From a virus: a stretch of 64,000 bases of DNA. Below, piece after piece: positions 18,945-27,645 of the stretch. The position numbers and the translations under genes are program-made. The stretch covers positions 32,001 through 96,000 of IMG/VR virus record IMGVR_UViG_3300036792_000363. One strand, 5' to 3'. The stretch's first letter is position 1; every line of letters starts with the position of its first letter. The notes under the pieces were generated by a model. The model was not told the DNA's origin. It saw only the letters and a list, made by a program, of their open reading frames with translations, and did no database searches.

Positions 18945-19604
18945 CTAGACCACCACGCCGCCGCCGGCGCCGAACGGCTCCGCCACGAACGCGCCGGTCT
19001 CGGTGCCCGGCAGCGACACCAGGCGGCCGATGCTCATGCCCGCCGAGCCCGACGTGCCGCCGTAGGCGGCTGGCAGGGACTGCCCGATCTCGTTCACCGT
19101 CGAGAACAGCGCGCGCCCGGCGATGCTGCAGCTCAGGCCGGTCTTGTAGCTCGGGCCGGTGAAGTTGAAGGGCTGGAACTGGACCCGGTAGAGGATGAAG
19201 TCCAGCGTCCTGATCTGGCCCCCGGCGTCCTTGGCCGGGACGCGCACCGCGAGCGGCTGGGTCACCTGGTTCATGGACGCGAGGGTCCACAGCGGGATGG
19301 CGTAGTAGTCCGCCCCCGCCGCGCCCGAGCTGGTCACCGTGGTGCCGGTGATGTAGGCGATCGTCGAGAAGGGGATGTACCCCTCCTCAATCGTGATGTT
19401 GGCGAAGTTGATCCAGAAGTGCTCGCTGAGCACAACGTCGTCGCCGGTGTTCTCGAAGTTCCCCTGGTCGGTCGAGATCGTGCCGTTGCGCACGCCGTAG
19501 ACCGTGGCGCCCTCCGCGCCGGTGGACCCGTTCAGGATCGCCGCGTGGCTCAGGGAGAAGCCTTCGAACGGCGTGCCCGCGTAGGCATTGCTGGCAGTAG
19601 GCAT
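18945..19604 (-). CDS. Major tail (tube) protein
   Basis: 219 aa; position before the chaperones; own promoter and GGAGG RBS. Confidence 0.8.
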   Translation of the reverse strand: MPTASNAYAGTPFEGFSLSHAAILNGSTGAEGATVYGVRNGTISTDQGNFENTGDDVVLSEHFWINFANITIEEGYIPFSTIAYITGTTVTSSGAAGADYYAIPLWTLASMNQVTQPLAVRVPAKDAGGQIRTLDFILYRVQFQPFNFTGPSYKTGLSCSIAGRALFSTVNEIGQSLPAAYGGTSGSAGMSIGRLVSLPGTETGAFVAEPFGAGGGVVV

Positions 19605-19643
19605 TGTCGAGCGCCCTCCGGCTAGACCAAGGTTCAGCTGGTC

Positions 19644-19650
19644 TAATCGG
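19644..19650 (-). promoter_or_regulatory. Class A promoter CCGATTA
   Basis: Recurrent motif upstream of the tail tube gene. Confidence 0.6.
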
Positions 19651-19655
19651 CTCCG

Positions 19656-20087
19656 CTACTTGTAGAGCGCAGAGCAGTCCTCGGCCGCGAACGTCTTGTC
19701 GACGAAGCCCAGGAACTTGGTCTCCTCCGCGGTCCGGGGCGACTTGGTGAGCGTGAACAGGTAGCTCCACAGCACGCGCTCGGACGCCCGCGTCTGGTTG
19801 GTCAGCGCGCACGCCGACAGCTGCGACGCGTGCAGGGTGGCGTTCTGGGACAGCGCGAGGGACGTCAGCACCGACACCACCACCGTCAGCACCACGTCGA
19901 ACCCGAACGAGATGGCGAGCCCGAGCGCCAGCCGCCGCGTGCGCTTCTCGCGCCTGGAGGTCCTCTCCTCGCGGTCCGACAGGGCGCGCAGCTCCGTCAC
20001 CACGTCCCCGAGCTGCCCGGCCAGGAGGTCCAGCTTCCCCAGAACGGGGTCCGGGAGCGACTCCGCGACCCCGGGCGTCTCACTCAT
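19656..20087 (-). CDS. Membrane protein, lysis-associated candidate
   Basis: Coiled coil plus one TM segment (LALGLAISFGFDVVLTVVVSVLT) and two Cys. Confidence 0.6.
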   Translation of the reverse strand: MSETPGVAESLPDPVLGKLDLLAGQLGDVVTELRALSDREERTSRREKRTRRLALGLAISFGFDVVLTVVVSVLTSLALSQNATLHASQLSACALTNQTRASERVLWSYLFTLTKSPRTAEETKFLGFVDKTFAAEDCSALYK

Positions 20088-20286
20088 CAGGGTCCCGCCC
20101 AGCGCGGCGCAGCGTGTCCGACGCGTCTCTCACAGTCACCCGAAGCTCCCCCGCGAGCATGTCAGCCGCCTTCAGGAGGCGGTCGATCTCTCGGTCCTTG
20201 ACGTTCAAATCGGTCATCGCCTGCTCATGATCAACTTCTGTCGGGCTCGGGGGCCTGCGCCTGCGCCACCACCTCACCGCGGTCAC
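20080..20286 (-). CDS. Hypothetical coiled-coil protein (lysis block)
   Basis: 68 aa, overlaps both neighbours. Confidence 0.5.
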   Translation of the reverse strand: MTAVRWWRRRRPPSPTEVDHEQAMTDLNVKDREIDRLLKAADMLAGELRVTVRDASDTLRRAGRDPDE

Positions 20287-20596
20287 CCCCGTCCAGCAGC
20301 TGGGCGACCGCGGCAGTGAGGTCCTGGAGTGATCCGTTGATGACGGTGAGCATGGGAAGCACCTGCTCGGTGTAGGCGCCGATGAGCCGGTCGCGCTGCT
20401 CCTCGGCCTTCGACAGCTGGGTCAGCAGCGTGTCCCGCATGTCCTGGCTCTGCTGCCACAGGACCGCGGCCTCCGACGTGTCCACCCTCCCGTGGGCCGC
20501 GCGCCTGCCGCCCAGGTACGTGCCGATCCCGGCCACGGCCGCGACCAGCGCGACGGCGACCGTGGCCAGGATGGTCATGAAGTCGGAGGTGTTCAC
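20231..20596 (-). CDS. Holin-like membrane protein
   Basis: N-terminal TM segment ILATVAVALVAAVAGIGTYL followed by a coiled coil; adjacent to the muralytic genes. Confidence 0.55.
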   Translation of the reverse strand: MNTSDFMTILATVAVALVAAVAGIGTYLGGRRAAHGRVDTSEAAVLWQQSQDMRDTLLTQLSKAEEQRDRLIGAYTEQVLPMLTVINGSLQDLTAAVAQLLDGGDRGEVVAQAQAPEPDRS

Positions 20597-20620
20597 GCGG
20601 CTCCCGCCGGCGGGGACCCG

Positions 20621-21415
20621 TCAGACGTACTGCATGTCCGCCAGAAGCTGCTGCAGGTCCATCCCCTCAATCGTCGCGCCGTTCGCCTCCACCCAGTCGG
20701 CGGTGACGACGGCCCACGCCTCCTCCGCCGCGTAGGCCTGGAACTCGGCGGTGGCGGGCTGCAGCGCGCCCCAGGTGACGTACTCCAGCGGGGCGTCCGC
20801 CCCGCCCCGGCGGCGCTGCAGGCAGATCGCGTGGCCCCCGACCGGCTGCGCGCCCTGCTGCCACGTCCACGGCTGGCCGTCGGCGAACTCGGTCTCCATC
20901 TGCTGCTGCACGTTGATGCCGACGTACACCGAGCCGAACACGTCGAGCACCTGGGCGAGCAGGTCCTCGTCGGCCGGGTTCCCGAGGCCGGCGTAGGCCA
21001 GGATCTTGTGCGTCTTCCCGGCGGCGTCGGTCATCCCGGTCGTCACCTGGTCGGCGAGCACGTCCTGCATCACGCAGCCGTTGTCGGTGCTGGCGTCGCC
21101 CGGCACGTAGCCGCCGACGCGCGAGTACACCGCCTGGATCTGCGAGTCGGCGAACAGCCCCTCGGTGCCGCTGGCGTACCAGGTCCACGCGCCGTACATG
21201 TGGCCGATGCCGGCGATGGTGCAGTCGCCCAGCTGGTCGTTCAGGTACACGGGCCAGCTGGGCACGGCGCTCGCCCGGTCGACGTCGGCGCTCGCGGCGA
21301 CCGGCGGCAGCCCGCCCTGGGCCAGCTTCCTGCGCGGGTCCAGGTACTTCTCCAGCGTGAGGCGCTTGCGGGCGGGGTCAGGCGACTTGCGACCGTACTT
21401 CCCGGGCTGCGGCAT
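20621..21415 (-). CDS. Papain-like (C1-type) cysteine peptidase
   Basis: NDQLGDCTIAG (Cys), GGHAICL (His), YVTWG; ATG 21415 with GGAGG RBS. Confidence 0.7.
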   Translation of the reverse strand: MPQPGKYGRKSPDPARKRLTLEKYLDPRRKLAQGGLPPVAASADVDRASAVPSWPVYLNDQLGDCTIAGIGHMYGAWTWYASGTEGLFADSQIQAVYSRVGGYVPGDASTDNGCVMQDVLADQVTTGMTDAAGKTHKILAYAGLGNPADEDLLAQVLDVFGSVYVGINVQQQMETEFADGQPWTWQQGAQPVGGHAICLQRRRGGADAPLEYVTWGALQPATAEFQAYAAEEAWAVVTADWVEANGATIEGMDLQQLLADMQYV

Positions 21416-21466
21416 GGTGCCTCCAGGCACGACGAAGGGCGGGACCCGGACAGGTCCCGCCCTTGC

Positions 21467-21473
21467 GAATCGG
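21467..21473 (-). promoter_or_regulatory. Class A promoter variant CCGATTC
   Basis: Immediately after the stop of the LysM gene and upstream of the peptidase. Confidence 0.45.
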
Positions 21474-21477
21474 CCCG

Positions 21478-22287
21478 TCAGCAGCGGCCCTGGTACAGCC
21501 CCTCGGTGTAGGTGGTCCACGCGCCCCAGTTGGCGCCGTCGTCGGACAGGATGATGGCCGACTTGGCGTTCCCGAGCGCGCTGTAGGTGGCCAGCGCCCC
21601 GTTGGAGGCGTTGATCTGCCAGTAGCCCAGGTCGTCGGTCGGGCTCAGCGCGTACTGCCTGCCGCCGGACTCCGCCATGGCGATCTCGGCCGCCATGAAG
21701 GCGTCGGCCGGGTTCCCGCCTGCCGCGTCCCACAGCGCCTGCAGCCCGGCGCAGGAGAGCGTCCCCCCCGCCGAGTCCACGGTGGCGACCGCCCCCGTGG
21801 TCACAGGCGCGCTCACAGGATGGGCCACAGGATGGGCCACAGGGCGCGCCACAGGAACGCTCTGCCGGGGGGCGGCGGGCGGCGCGGAGGCGGCCATGAC
21901 CTTGGCCACGGCGCTGGCGGCGGCGCGGCACGCGAGCCGGACCGCCTCGCCCGGGTAGATGAGGTTGGCGTCCGCGATGGCGCTGTTGGCGGCCAGGTCG
22001 GGGTAGGCGCTGGCGGTCCCGCAGAACCGGCGGGCGATCGACGACAGCGTGTCCCCCGGGCGGACCGTGTAGCGGCCCGGGACGGCCTTCCTGGCCGCCT
22101 TGTGGACCTGCGCGGCCGGAACCCGCAGCGCGGTCGCGGAGAGCGTCCTGGGGGGCGCTGGGGGCGCTGCGGGGGTCGCGGCCGACGCCACGGCGAACGG
22201 GAGCGCCGCCCCGGCGGCGCCGGTGGCCACCGCCGCGGTGACTGCGATGTAGCCGCGCGACCGCCGCGCGTGCCTCGGTCTGCTCAC
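21478..22287 (-). CDS. Secreted LysM + lysozyme/Rpf-like transglycosylase
   Basis: Basic plus hydrophobic signal peptide, LysM (YTVRPGDTLSSIARR...NLIYPG) and catalytic AMAESGG...GYWQIN. Confidence 0.8.
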   Translation of the reverse strand: MSRPRHARRSRGYIAVTAAVATGAAGAALPFAVASAATPAAPPAPPRTLSATALRVPAAQVHKAARKAVPGRYTVRPGDTLSSIARRFCGTASAYPDLAANSAIADANLIYPGEAVRLACRAAASAVAKVMAASAPPAAPRQSVPVARPVAHPVAHPVSAPVTTGAVATVDSAGGTLSCAGLQALWDAAGGNPADAFMAAEIAMAESGGRQYALSPTDDLGYWQINASNGALATYSALGNAKSAIILSDDGANWGAWTTYTEGLYQGRC

Positions 22288-22371
22288 AGAAGTAGCTCCT
22301 CAACATCAGGTCGGGGTGCGGGTTCCGTGACGCTAGCACCGGCAATCACGCCCGCGCAGCCGAACGCGCCA

Positions 22372-22947
22372 TCAGGCCGGCGTCAGCGACTGCAGCAGGT
22401 CGGCCAGGTCCCCCGGCGTGACGTAGCCGGGCCACCGCTTGTCGGTGAACAGCTGCACGCCGTTGGCGGCGTAGTCGGCGTCCGTCTCCTGGCTGCAGAT
22501 CATGTGGCCGGTTGACGCGATGAAGCCCCGCAGGCCCGGCACGGGGATCCGCAGGCGGTGCGCCACCAGCGCCGCGTAGTCCAGCCACGAGTAGCCGGTG
22601 CCCTCGTGCTCGACCGCCCAGGCGACCACGCCCGCCCGCTGCGCCGGGGTCAGGCTGATGATGCCCGACGACCACAGCGCGCCCGGCAGCGCCGACGCCG
22701 GGCAGGGCAGGGCGACCTTGCCGTGCCCTCGCGGGTAGGTGCTGACGGTGTAGCCGTACGGCGCGCTCTCGTCGGGCTGGCCGATGTAGATCTCGGTGTG
22801 GTCGTAGGGCTGGAACCGCGAGCCGTCCAGCCACTGCAGGAACTCGATGGCCCAGCCGACGCCCCCGTGGACGGGCACGCAGCAGAAGTCGCCCGGCTCG
22901 GGGGCCTGCAGCACTATCCGCGGCGGAAGCGGGGATCTGGTCGTCAC
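22372..22947 (-). CDS. Permuted NlpC/P60 (YiiX/YebB-like) cysteine hydrolase
   Basis: PGDF...HTEIYIG (His) precedes ICSQ (Cys); GYSWLDY. Confidence 0.7.
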   Translation of the reverse strand: MTTRSPLPPRIVLQAPEPGDFCCVPVHGGVGWAIEFLQWLDGSRFQPYDHTEIYIGQPDESAPYGYTVSTYPRGHGKVALPCPASALPGALWSSGIISLTPAQRAGVVAWAVEHEGTGYSWLDYAALVAHRLRIPVPGLRGFIASTGHMICSQETDADYAANGVQLFTDKRWPGYVTPGDLADLLQSLTPA

Positions 22948-22953
22948 CGCCGG

Positions 22954-23211
22954 CTAATCGGCTTCCGCCTCCTTCTTGCGGTGCACCTCCAGCAGCCACT
23001 CCATCCCGGCCACGTGGCCCACGATGTCGCGCGGCCACTCCCCTGACTCCGGGAAGAACCGGTGCTCCCGGTGACGGCGCAGCCGCTTGCTGCGCCCGAT
23101 GACGACGCTGCCCTCGGCGAGCGGCAGCCCCAGCCAGATGACGTACCATTCCGGCGGCTTGTCAGGGCCCGCCAGGGGCTGGCGGTGGAGCCCGTCCGGG
23201 ACGAACCGCAT
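22954..23211 (-). CDS. Hypothetical protein
   Basis: GC3-biased ORF; its stop lies inside the promoter motif. Confidence 0.55.
   Translation of the reverse strand: MRFVPDGLHRQPLAGPDKPPEWYVIWLGLPLAEGSVVIGRSKRLRRHREHRFFPESGEWPRDIVGHVAGMEWLLEVHRKKEAEAD
22955..22961 (-). promoter_or_regulatory. Class A promoter, leaderless (N7-GTG)
   Basis: CCGATTA-GCCGGCG-GTG. Confidence 0.7.
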
Positions 23212-23220
23212 GCCGGGCAA

Positions 23221-23625
23221 CTAGGCCGCCGTGGCCCGGGCCGCCAGGTAGGCCTCGTAGTCGTCGAGCAGGGTGTCGTAGCGGTAGTTGACCTTGGCCG
23301 ACTTGGATCCCGGCCGGTGCCTGATCAGGTACTCCTCCGTCCGGCCCTGCGAGTCGGCCCAGGCGCGCAGCCCCTCGTAGAACCGGCGGGACTCCCTCGA
23401 CCCCGGCCTGAAGTCGGCCACGGCCGTCGGCCTGGCGTCCTCCCTCTGCGCCGACCGCAGCCACTGCCCGGTCACGGCGTCCAGCTCCGCCGCGCACGGG
23501 GCGCACAGGTCCCAGTGCCCGGGCTTTCCCTGGTACGCCATGTCGCGGACCTCGGTCGCCTCCACCTTCTCGCCAGTGGCGCTGTGATGCTGATCGCACC
23601 ACAGCTTGATGACGATCTGCTGCAT
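23221..23625 (-). CDS. Lsr2-like nucleoid-associated protein
   Basis: By eye, IVIKLWCD, WDLCAPCAAEL...QW and LRAWADSQG parallel the Lsr2 segments VTVTLVDD, YEIDL...LKQW and IREWARRNG. Confidence 0.55.
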   Translation of the reverse strand: MQQIVIKLWCDQHHSATGEKVEATEVRDMAYQGKPGHWDLCAPCAAELDAVTGQWLRSAQREDARPTAVADFRPGSRESRRFYEGLRAWADSQGRTEEYLIRHRPGSKSAKVNYRYDTLLDDYEAYLAARATAA

Positions 23626-24104
23626 CAGGCTCTCCTGAACACGGCGGGCGGCGCGCCCTCGTCATCGTCGTCTTCCACCAGGGTGGTGACCCGCCCGAGC
23701 AGCTCCCGGATCTGGTCGTTGGCGGCGGTGTAGCGGGCGTCGCGCATCACCCGGCGCGACCGCGGCACGTCCCGGTCCAGCCTCACCCACTCCGGCCCGT
23801 ACTGGATATGCCGCGGCAGGTAGCCGTCGAATATCCCGCCGGGGTGCGTGTAGGTCACCCCGGTCACCGCCAGGCAGTCGGTGCACGGCTCCACCAGCTT
23901 CAGCCTGCCCTCGCTGGCGGGCATGACGGTGACCCCGCGGGGGATCGCCTCCTCCCCGGGCAGCCACCGGTCGAGCGCGAACGTGTGATGCCCGGCGCGG
24001 CACCGCAGCTGGCGGGCGGGGATCGACCCCACCTCCGCTGGCGTCTCCGCCACTGCCTTCAGGTGCGCGGGCCTCGGGTTGCTTTTCCTCCTGTGTGCTG
24101 GCAT
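23625..24104 (-). CDS. Hypothetical protein (Cys/His motifs)
   Basis: CRAGHH and CTDC motifs; GGAGGTGAGG RBS. Confidence 0.6.
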   Translation of the reverse strand: MPAHRRKSNPRPAHLKAVAETPAEVGSIPARQLRCRAGHHTFALDRWLPGEEAIPRGVTVMPASEGRLKLVEPCTDCLAVTGVTYTHPGGIFDGYLPRHIQYGPEWVRLDRDVPRSRRVMRDARYTAANDQIRELLGRVTTLVEDDDDEGAPPAVFRRA

Positions 24105-24145
24105 CTGCAGCCTCACCTCCGCTGCTGAGGCTAGCCTGCAATCAC

Positions 24146-24412
24146 CTAGCCGTCAGTAAGTGTCGTCACCAGGTTCCCGGCAAGGTCGAACCGGTGCAGC
24201 ACCCTGTTCACGCGGATGCCCCGCTTCCTCAGCTGGTACCTGCAGTCATCGCACGGCAGCTCGATCAGGTTGTCGGGCTGGACGAACGACGGCGGCTCCC
24301 CCGCCATCTGCAGCTTGAACAGCAGCCTGCCGGGGCGGCAGTGCCCGTCCGGCAGCTGGTACCCCACCGGGCACCGCACCTCGATCTCGCGCGCCTCCAC
24401 CGCCGTGGTCAC
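24146..24412 (-). CDS. Hypothetical Zn-binding protein
   Basis: CPVG...C...CDDC; GTGA overlap with the GT4 gene. Confidence 0.6.
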   Translation of the reverse strand: MTTAVEAREIEVRCPVGYQLPDGHCRPGRLLFKLQMAGEPPSFVQPDNLIELPCDDCRYQLRKRGIRVNRVLHRFDLAGNLVTTLTDG

Positions 24413-25629
24413 ATCCGGCCCCACTGCCCGCCCGGCCCCGGCGGCCCGGCGGGGGCGGGCTCGCGGCGGCAGGCCCGGGCCATGGCGGCGATCTCCGGCC
24501 CCGGCCCGGTCACCTGGTCCCCGATCCGGCGGAACAGCGCCTCCAGCACCACCTGCCAGTCGCACATGGCGGGGATCACCCGGCTCGCCAGCTCCGCCTT
24601 CTCCCGGGCCTCGCCGCGGTGGGTGTAGATGTGCCACATGACGTCCTTCATGTGGGCGACCTCCACCCGGGCGTCGTGCGCCGCCCAGGGCTTGTCCTCG
24701 AATGTCGGCGCCAGGTGGTAGTCAAGGGGGTACGCGTAGTCGGCGTTCAGCCACTGCGTGTGGCCCCCGAAGTTGGTGGCGGCCACCACCCCGCCGGTCG
24801 CCTGGAACTCCAGCGCCGGCAGGTTCTTGCCCTCGCCGCGGGACGGGGCCACCAGGCAGTGCGCGGCCGCGTAGAACTGGTCGAGCGTCTCCTTGTCGAA
24901 CGCGTCGACGAAGATCCGGATCTTGGTGTCGGCCAGCGGCCCGTTCAGCTCGGGGAACAGCGTGCCCGGGGCGCTGGTGTGCAGCGCGAACGTCGCCCCC
25001 TCGAACTCGGGGCGCTCGAACTTCAGCTCGTTGAAGGCCTGGATGGCGGTCCACGGGGCCTTCCGGCTGTTGAGCGCGCCGTGCATGATGAACGCGAACC
25101 GGTCCCCGAACCAGTCGCGCTCGGTCTTCTTCCACAGGTCCGACTCGAATCCGCCCTGCAGGATCCCGCTGTGCGTCTTGGGCGGGATGTAGGGCGCGAG
25201 CGCGTCGAGCGACACCTGGTCGTAGCCGAGCACCAGGTCGAACCACTGCAGCCTGCTGCGCAGCGACCCGCGGCGCCCGCAGTGCGGCACCAGCCCGGAC
25301 ACGCCCTTCCCGTTCTTCCCCGGCCCGCCGGCGAACTCCCACATGGTCCAGGCGACCGCCACCCGGCAGAACTCGCGGGCCTCGCGGGTGATCTCCAGGT
25401 GCTCGGGGTCCCAGTGGTTGATGAGCAGGTCGAACGGGCCCTGCAGCTCCCTGGCGAACAGCGGCAGCAGGTCGCGCGGGATGGGGACGTCCATCCACAT
25501 CGGCTGCGGGTAGACGTCGCAGCCCCACTCGTGCAGGGCCCGCAGCAGGCCGAACCCGTCGTTGCCGTACCCGCTGAAGCGCGAGAACGGGCTTTTCAGC
25601 AGGACCTTGAGCGGCCTGTCGGAGATCAT
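24409..25629 (-). CDS. GT-B fold glycosyltransferase (GT4-like)
   Basis: SGYGNDG, LVAPSRGEGKNLPALEFQATG, VAATNFGGH. Confidence 0.85.
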   Translation of the reverse strand: MISDRPLKVLLKSPFSRFSGYGNDGFGLLRALHEWGCDVYPQPMWMDVPIPRDLLPLFARELQGPFDLLINHWDPEHLEITREAREFCRVAVAWTMWEFAGGPGKNGKGVSGLVPHCGRRGSLRSRLQWFDLVLGYDQVSLDALAPYIPPKTHSGILQGGFESDLWKKTERDWFGDRFAFIMHGALNSRKAPWTAIQAFNELKFERPEFEGATFALHTSAPGTLFPELNGPLADTKIRIFVDAFDKETLDQFYAAAHCLVAPSRGEGKNLPALEFQATGGVVAATNFGGHTQWLNADYAYPLDYHLAPTFEDKPWAAHDARVEVAHMKDVMWHIYTHRGEAREKAELASRVIPAMCDWQVVLEALFRRIGDQVTGPGPEIAAMARACRREPAPAGPPGPGGQWGRM

Positions 25630-25689
25630 GGGCACCCCTCCCGCGTACGTCACGGCGCGGGCGGCCGGGTATGACGCGCCCCGGGTGAG

Positions 25690-26214
25690 TTATTCGGACG
25701 CGTCGCTCCAGCCGGCGCACGCGACGCCGTAGAAGGCGGTGCCGCGCTGCAGGTAGTCGCCGTCGGCCACCGGGGTGAAGATGATGTCGGTCAGCAGCTG
25801 GCACCCGACGGTCACCAGGTCGCCCCACAGCACCGCGTCGTTGTCGGTGCGCTGCAGCCGGAACTGCGCGGCGGCGAACACGGCCAGCCCGCGGTTGGTG
25901 GTGATCGAGGACGACTCGGTGACGTTCCTGCCGCCGTCGCGCGCCGGGTCCACCCACACGTCCACCCGCAGCCGGCGGAACCGCAGCGTGCCCAGGATGG
26001 GGGGCACCTCCCAGCCGCCGTAGTCGCCGCACACGATCGCCGCGGCCGAGCTGCCCTCCAGGGTGGCGAGCACGCCCTGGTTGGTGTCGGAGAACAGCCA
26101 CGGCTTCCCGGCATCGCCGCCCACCGGGTCACCGGGCGGGAAGGACCCGAGCACCGAGGTGACGTCGCTGAAGCCGGACAGGAACTTCACGGCCCCGCTG
26201 GCGACGTCATCCAT
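25690..26214 (-). CDS. Tail terminator / completion protein
   Basis: Position in the head-tail joining block; RLRVDVWVDP beta-rich fold. Confidence 0.6.
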   Translation of the reverse strand: MDDVASGAVKFLSGFSDVTSVLGSFPPGDPVGGDAGKPWLFSDTNQGVLATLEGSSAAAIVCGDYGGWEVPPILGTLRFRRLRVDVWVDPARDGGRNVTESSSITTNRGLAVFAAAQFRLQRTDNDAVLWGDLVTVGCQLLTDIIFTPVADGDYLQRGTAFYGVACAGWSDASE

Positions 26215-26220
26215 GCACCG

Positions 26221-26403
26221 CTAATCGGGCCGGCGCTCGCACACCAGCCGCAGCTCCAGCGTGTCGGCGTAGGGCATCTCCCGGCGCATCTGGTCCAGCT
26301 CGGCCATGACGGCGGCCTTCCAGCCGACCACGGCGCTGTCGGCCAGGTCGGCCAGCGCCACCCGGCGGGTCAGCGTCACCCGCGCCGTCTCGTCGTCGTC
26401 CAT
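26221..26403 (-). CDS. Hypothetical protein
   Basis: 60 aa starting MDDDETARV; TGATG overlap. Confidence 0.55.
   Translation of the reverse strand: MDDDETARVTLTRRVALADLADSAVVGWKAAVMAELDQMRREMPYADTLELRLVCERRPD
26222..26228 (-). promoter_or_regulatory. Class A promoter, leaderless (N7-ATG)
   Basis: CCGATTA-GCGGTGC-ATG. Confidence 0.7.
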
Positions 26404-26828
26404 CAGTCGCCGCCCGACGGCCAGCCGAGCCCGCCGTCCGGGGCGACCCCGCCCTTGCCGTCGGTCACCCAGTCCCAGAAGGCCTGCCGCACTTCCCTCT
26501 GGAAGAAGTGGCCGGCCGGGTCGAAGAAGTAGTGCCTGCCCGGGAACGGGTGGTGCCTGGTGGGGGCGTCGCCGCGCGCCAGCTCGAAGATGCCCGGGTT
26601 GCGGGCGTAGTTGACCTGGCCGGACCACACGTGCAGGTCGTAGCTGGACTGCGGGTGCCCGGACGCCCGCAGCGCGCCGGTGATGACGTGCACCCGCTGG
26701 TCGGTGGCGACGAAGCAGGTCAGCACCGCCGCCTCCATGCGCGCGATGGTCTCCGGCGGCGGCCCGGCGGCCAGCCGGTCCAGCTCCTCCCCCGCGCCGT
26801 TCAGGTAGAGGACGAAGTGGTCGGACAT
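26403..26828 (-). CDS. Neck / tail completion protein (HK97 gp10-like)
   Basis: VHVITGALRASG...YARNPGIFELARG; position in the joining block. Confidence 0.65.
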   Translation of the reverse strand: MSDHFVLYLNGAGEELDRLAAGPPPETIARMEAAVLTCFVATDQRVHVITGALRASGHPQSSYDLHVWSGQVNYARNPGIFELARGDAPTRHHPFPGRHYFFDPAGHFFQREVRQAFWDWVTDGKGGVAPDGGLGWPSGGD

Positions 26829-27151
26829 CAGGCGGACTCCCTCCGGACCACGGTCCCGGTCGCCTCAAGAACGCGCAGCAGCGCCTCCCACTCGCCGCGC
26901 CGGCCCAGCCGCTGGCCGTTGACCACCGTCACCATGCCGAGGTGCACGCCATGCAGCTCGTCCGGCCCGGCGACGAACGACCACCGGTCCCCGCCGAGCC
27001 CTTCCCGCCGGGCCCAGTCCTGCGCCTCCCGGTACCGCGGGGCGGCCACCAGGATTTTCGGGGGGCGTCCGTACGCCTCCTCAGCGGCGCGCTTCAGCTC
27101 CCGGATGTCGCGCAGCGGGCTCGCCTCCGGGTGCCACCACGGCGCGCTCAC
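26828..27151 (-). CDS. Hypothetical protein
   Basis: 107 aa, coupled overlaps on both sides. Confidence 0.55.
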   Translation of the reverse strand: MSAPWWHPEASPLRDIRELKRAAEEAYGRPPKILVAAPRYREAQDWARREGLGGDRWSFVAGPDELHGVHLGMVTVVNGQRLGRRGEWEALLRVLEATGTVVRRESA

Positions 27152-27645
27152 CCCGCGCTCCCGGGGAACGGGGTCGGGCTGCCCGGCTTCAGCATCTGGC
27201 TGACCTCCACCACCTGGACCTCGACGTGGTGCGCGCCGATCATGTCCTGCGCCACGTCAGGGATCACCCGGATGTCGAAGGTGCCGAAGATCGGCCCGGC
27301 GACGCACTTGAGCCGGTCGGCCGCCAGCACCAGCGGGACGTTGCTGTCGTCGGTGGCCAGGTCGAAGTAGCAGACCCCGATCCGGTCGGGCGCGCGGCCG
27401 GCCACGATCGGCATCGGCTGGTCCTTCCCGGGCCGCACGAACAGCAGGTCGAGACGGCACTTCAGCAGCCCCGGCTGCCCCAGCGGCGGATCCACCACCG
27501 AGGTGACCGGCGCCCAGCTCATCGTCATCCCGCCGCCCGAGCCGACCACCGGGTTGAGCCGCAGCACCTGGCAGGTGGAGGTGTAGAACATCCGCATCCC
27601 GGCCTGGCCGGGCGCGAACTGGTTGTAGGGCAGCGGGGTGGTCAC
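27148..27645 (-). CDS. Head closure / stopper protein
   Basis: LKCRLDL...DRLKCVAGP...HHVEVQVVEV beta-barrel pattern; position. Confidence 0.6.
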   Translation of the reverse strand: MTTPLPYNQFAPGQAGMRMFYTSTCQVLRLNPVVGSGGGMTMSWAPVTSVVDPPLGQPGLLKCRLDLLFVRPGKDQPMPIVAGRAPDRIGVCYFDLATDDSNVPLVLAADRLKCVAGPIFGTFDIRVIPDVAQDMIGAHHVEVQVVEVSQMLKPGSPTPFPGSAG

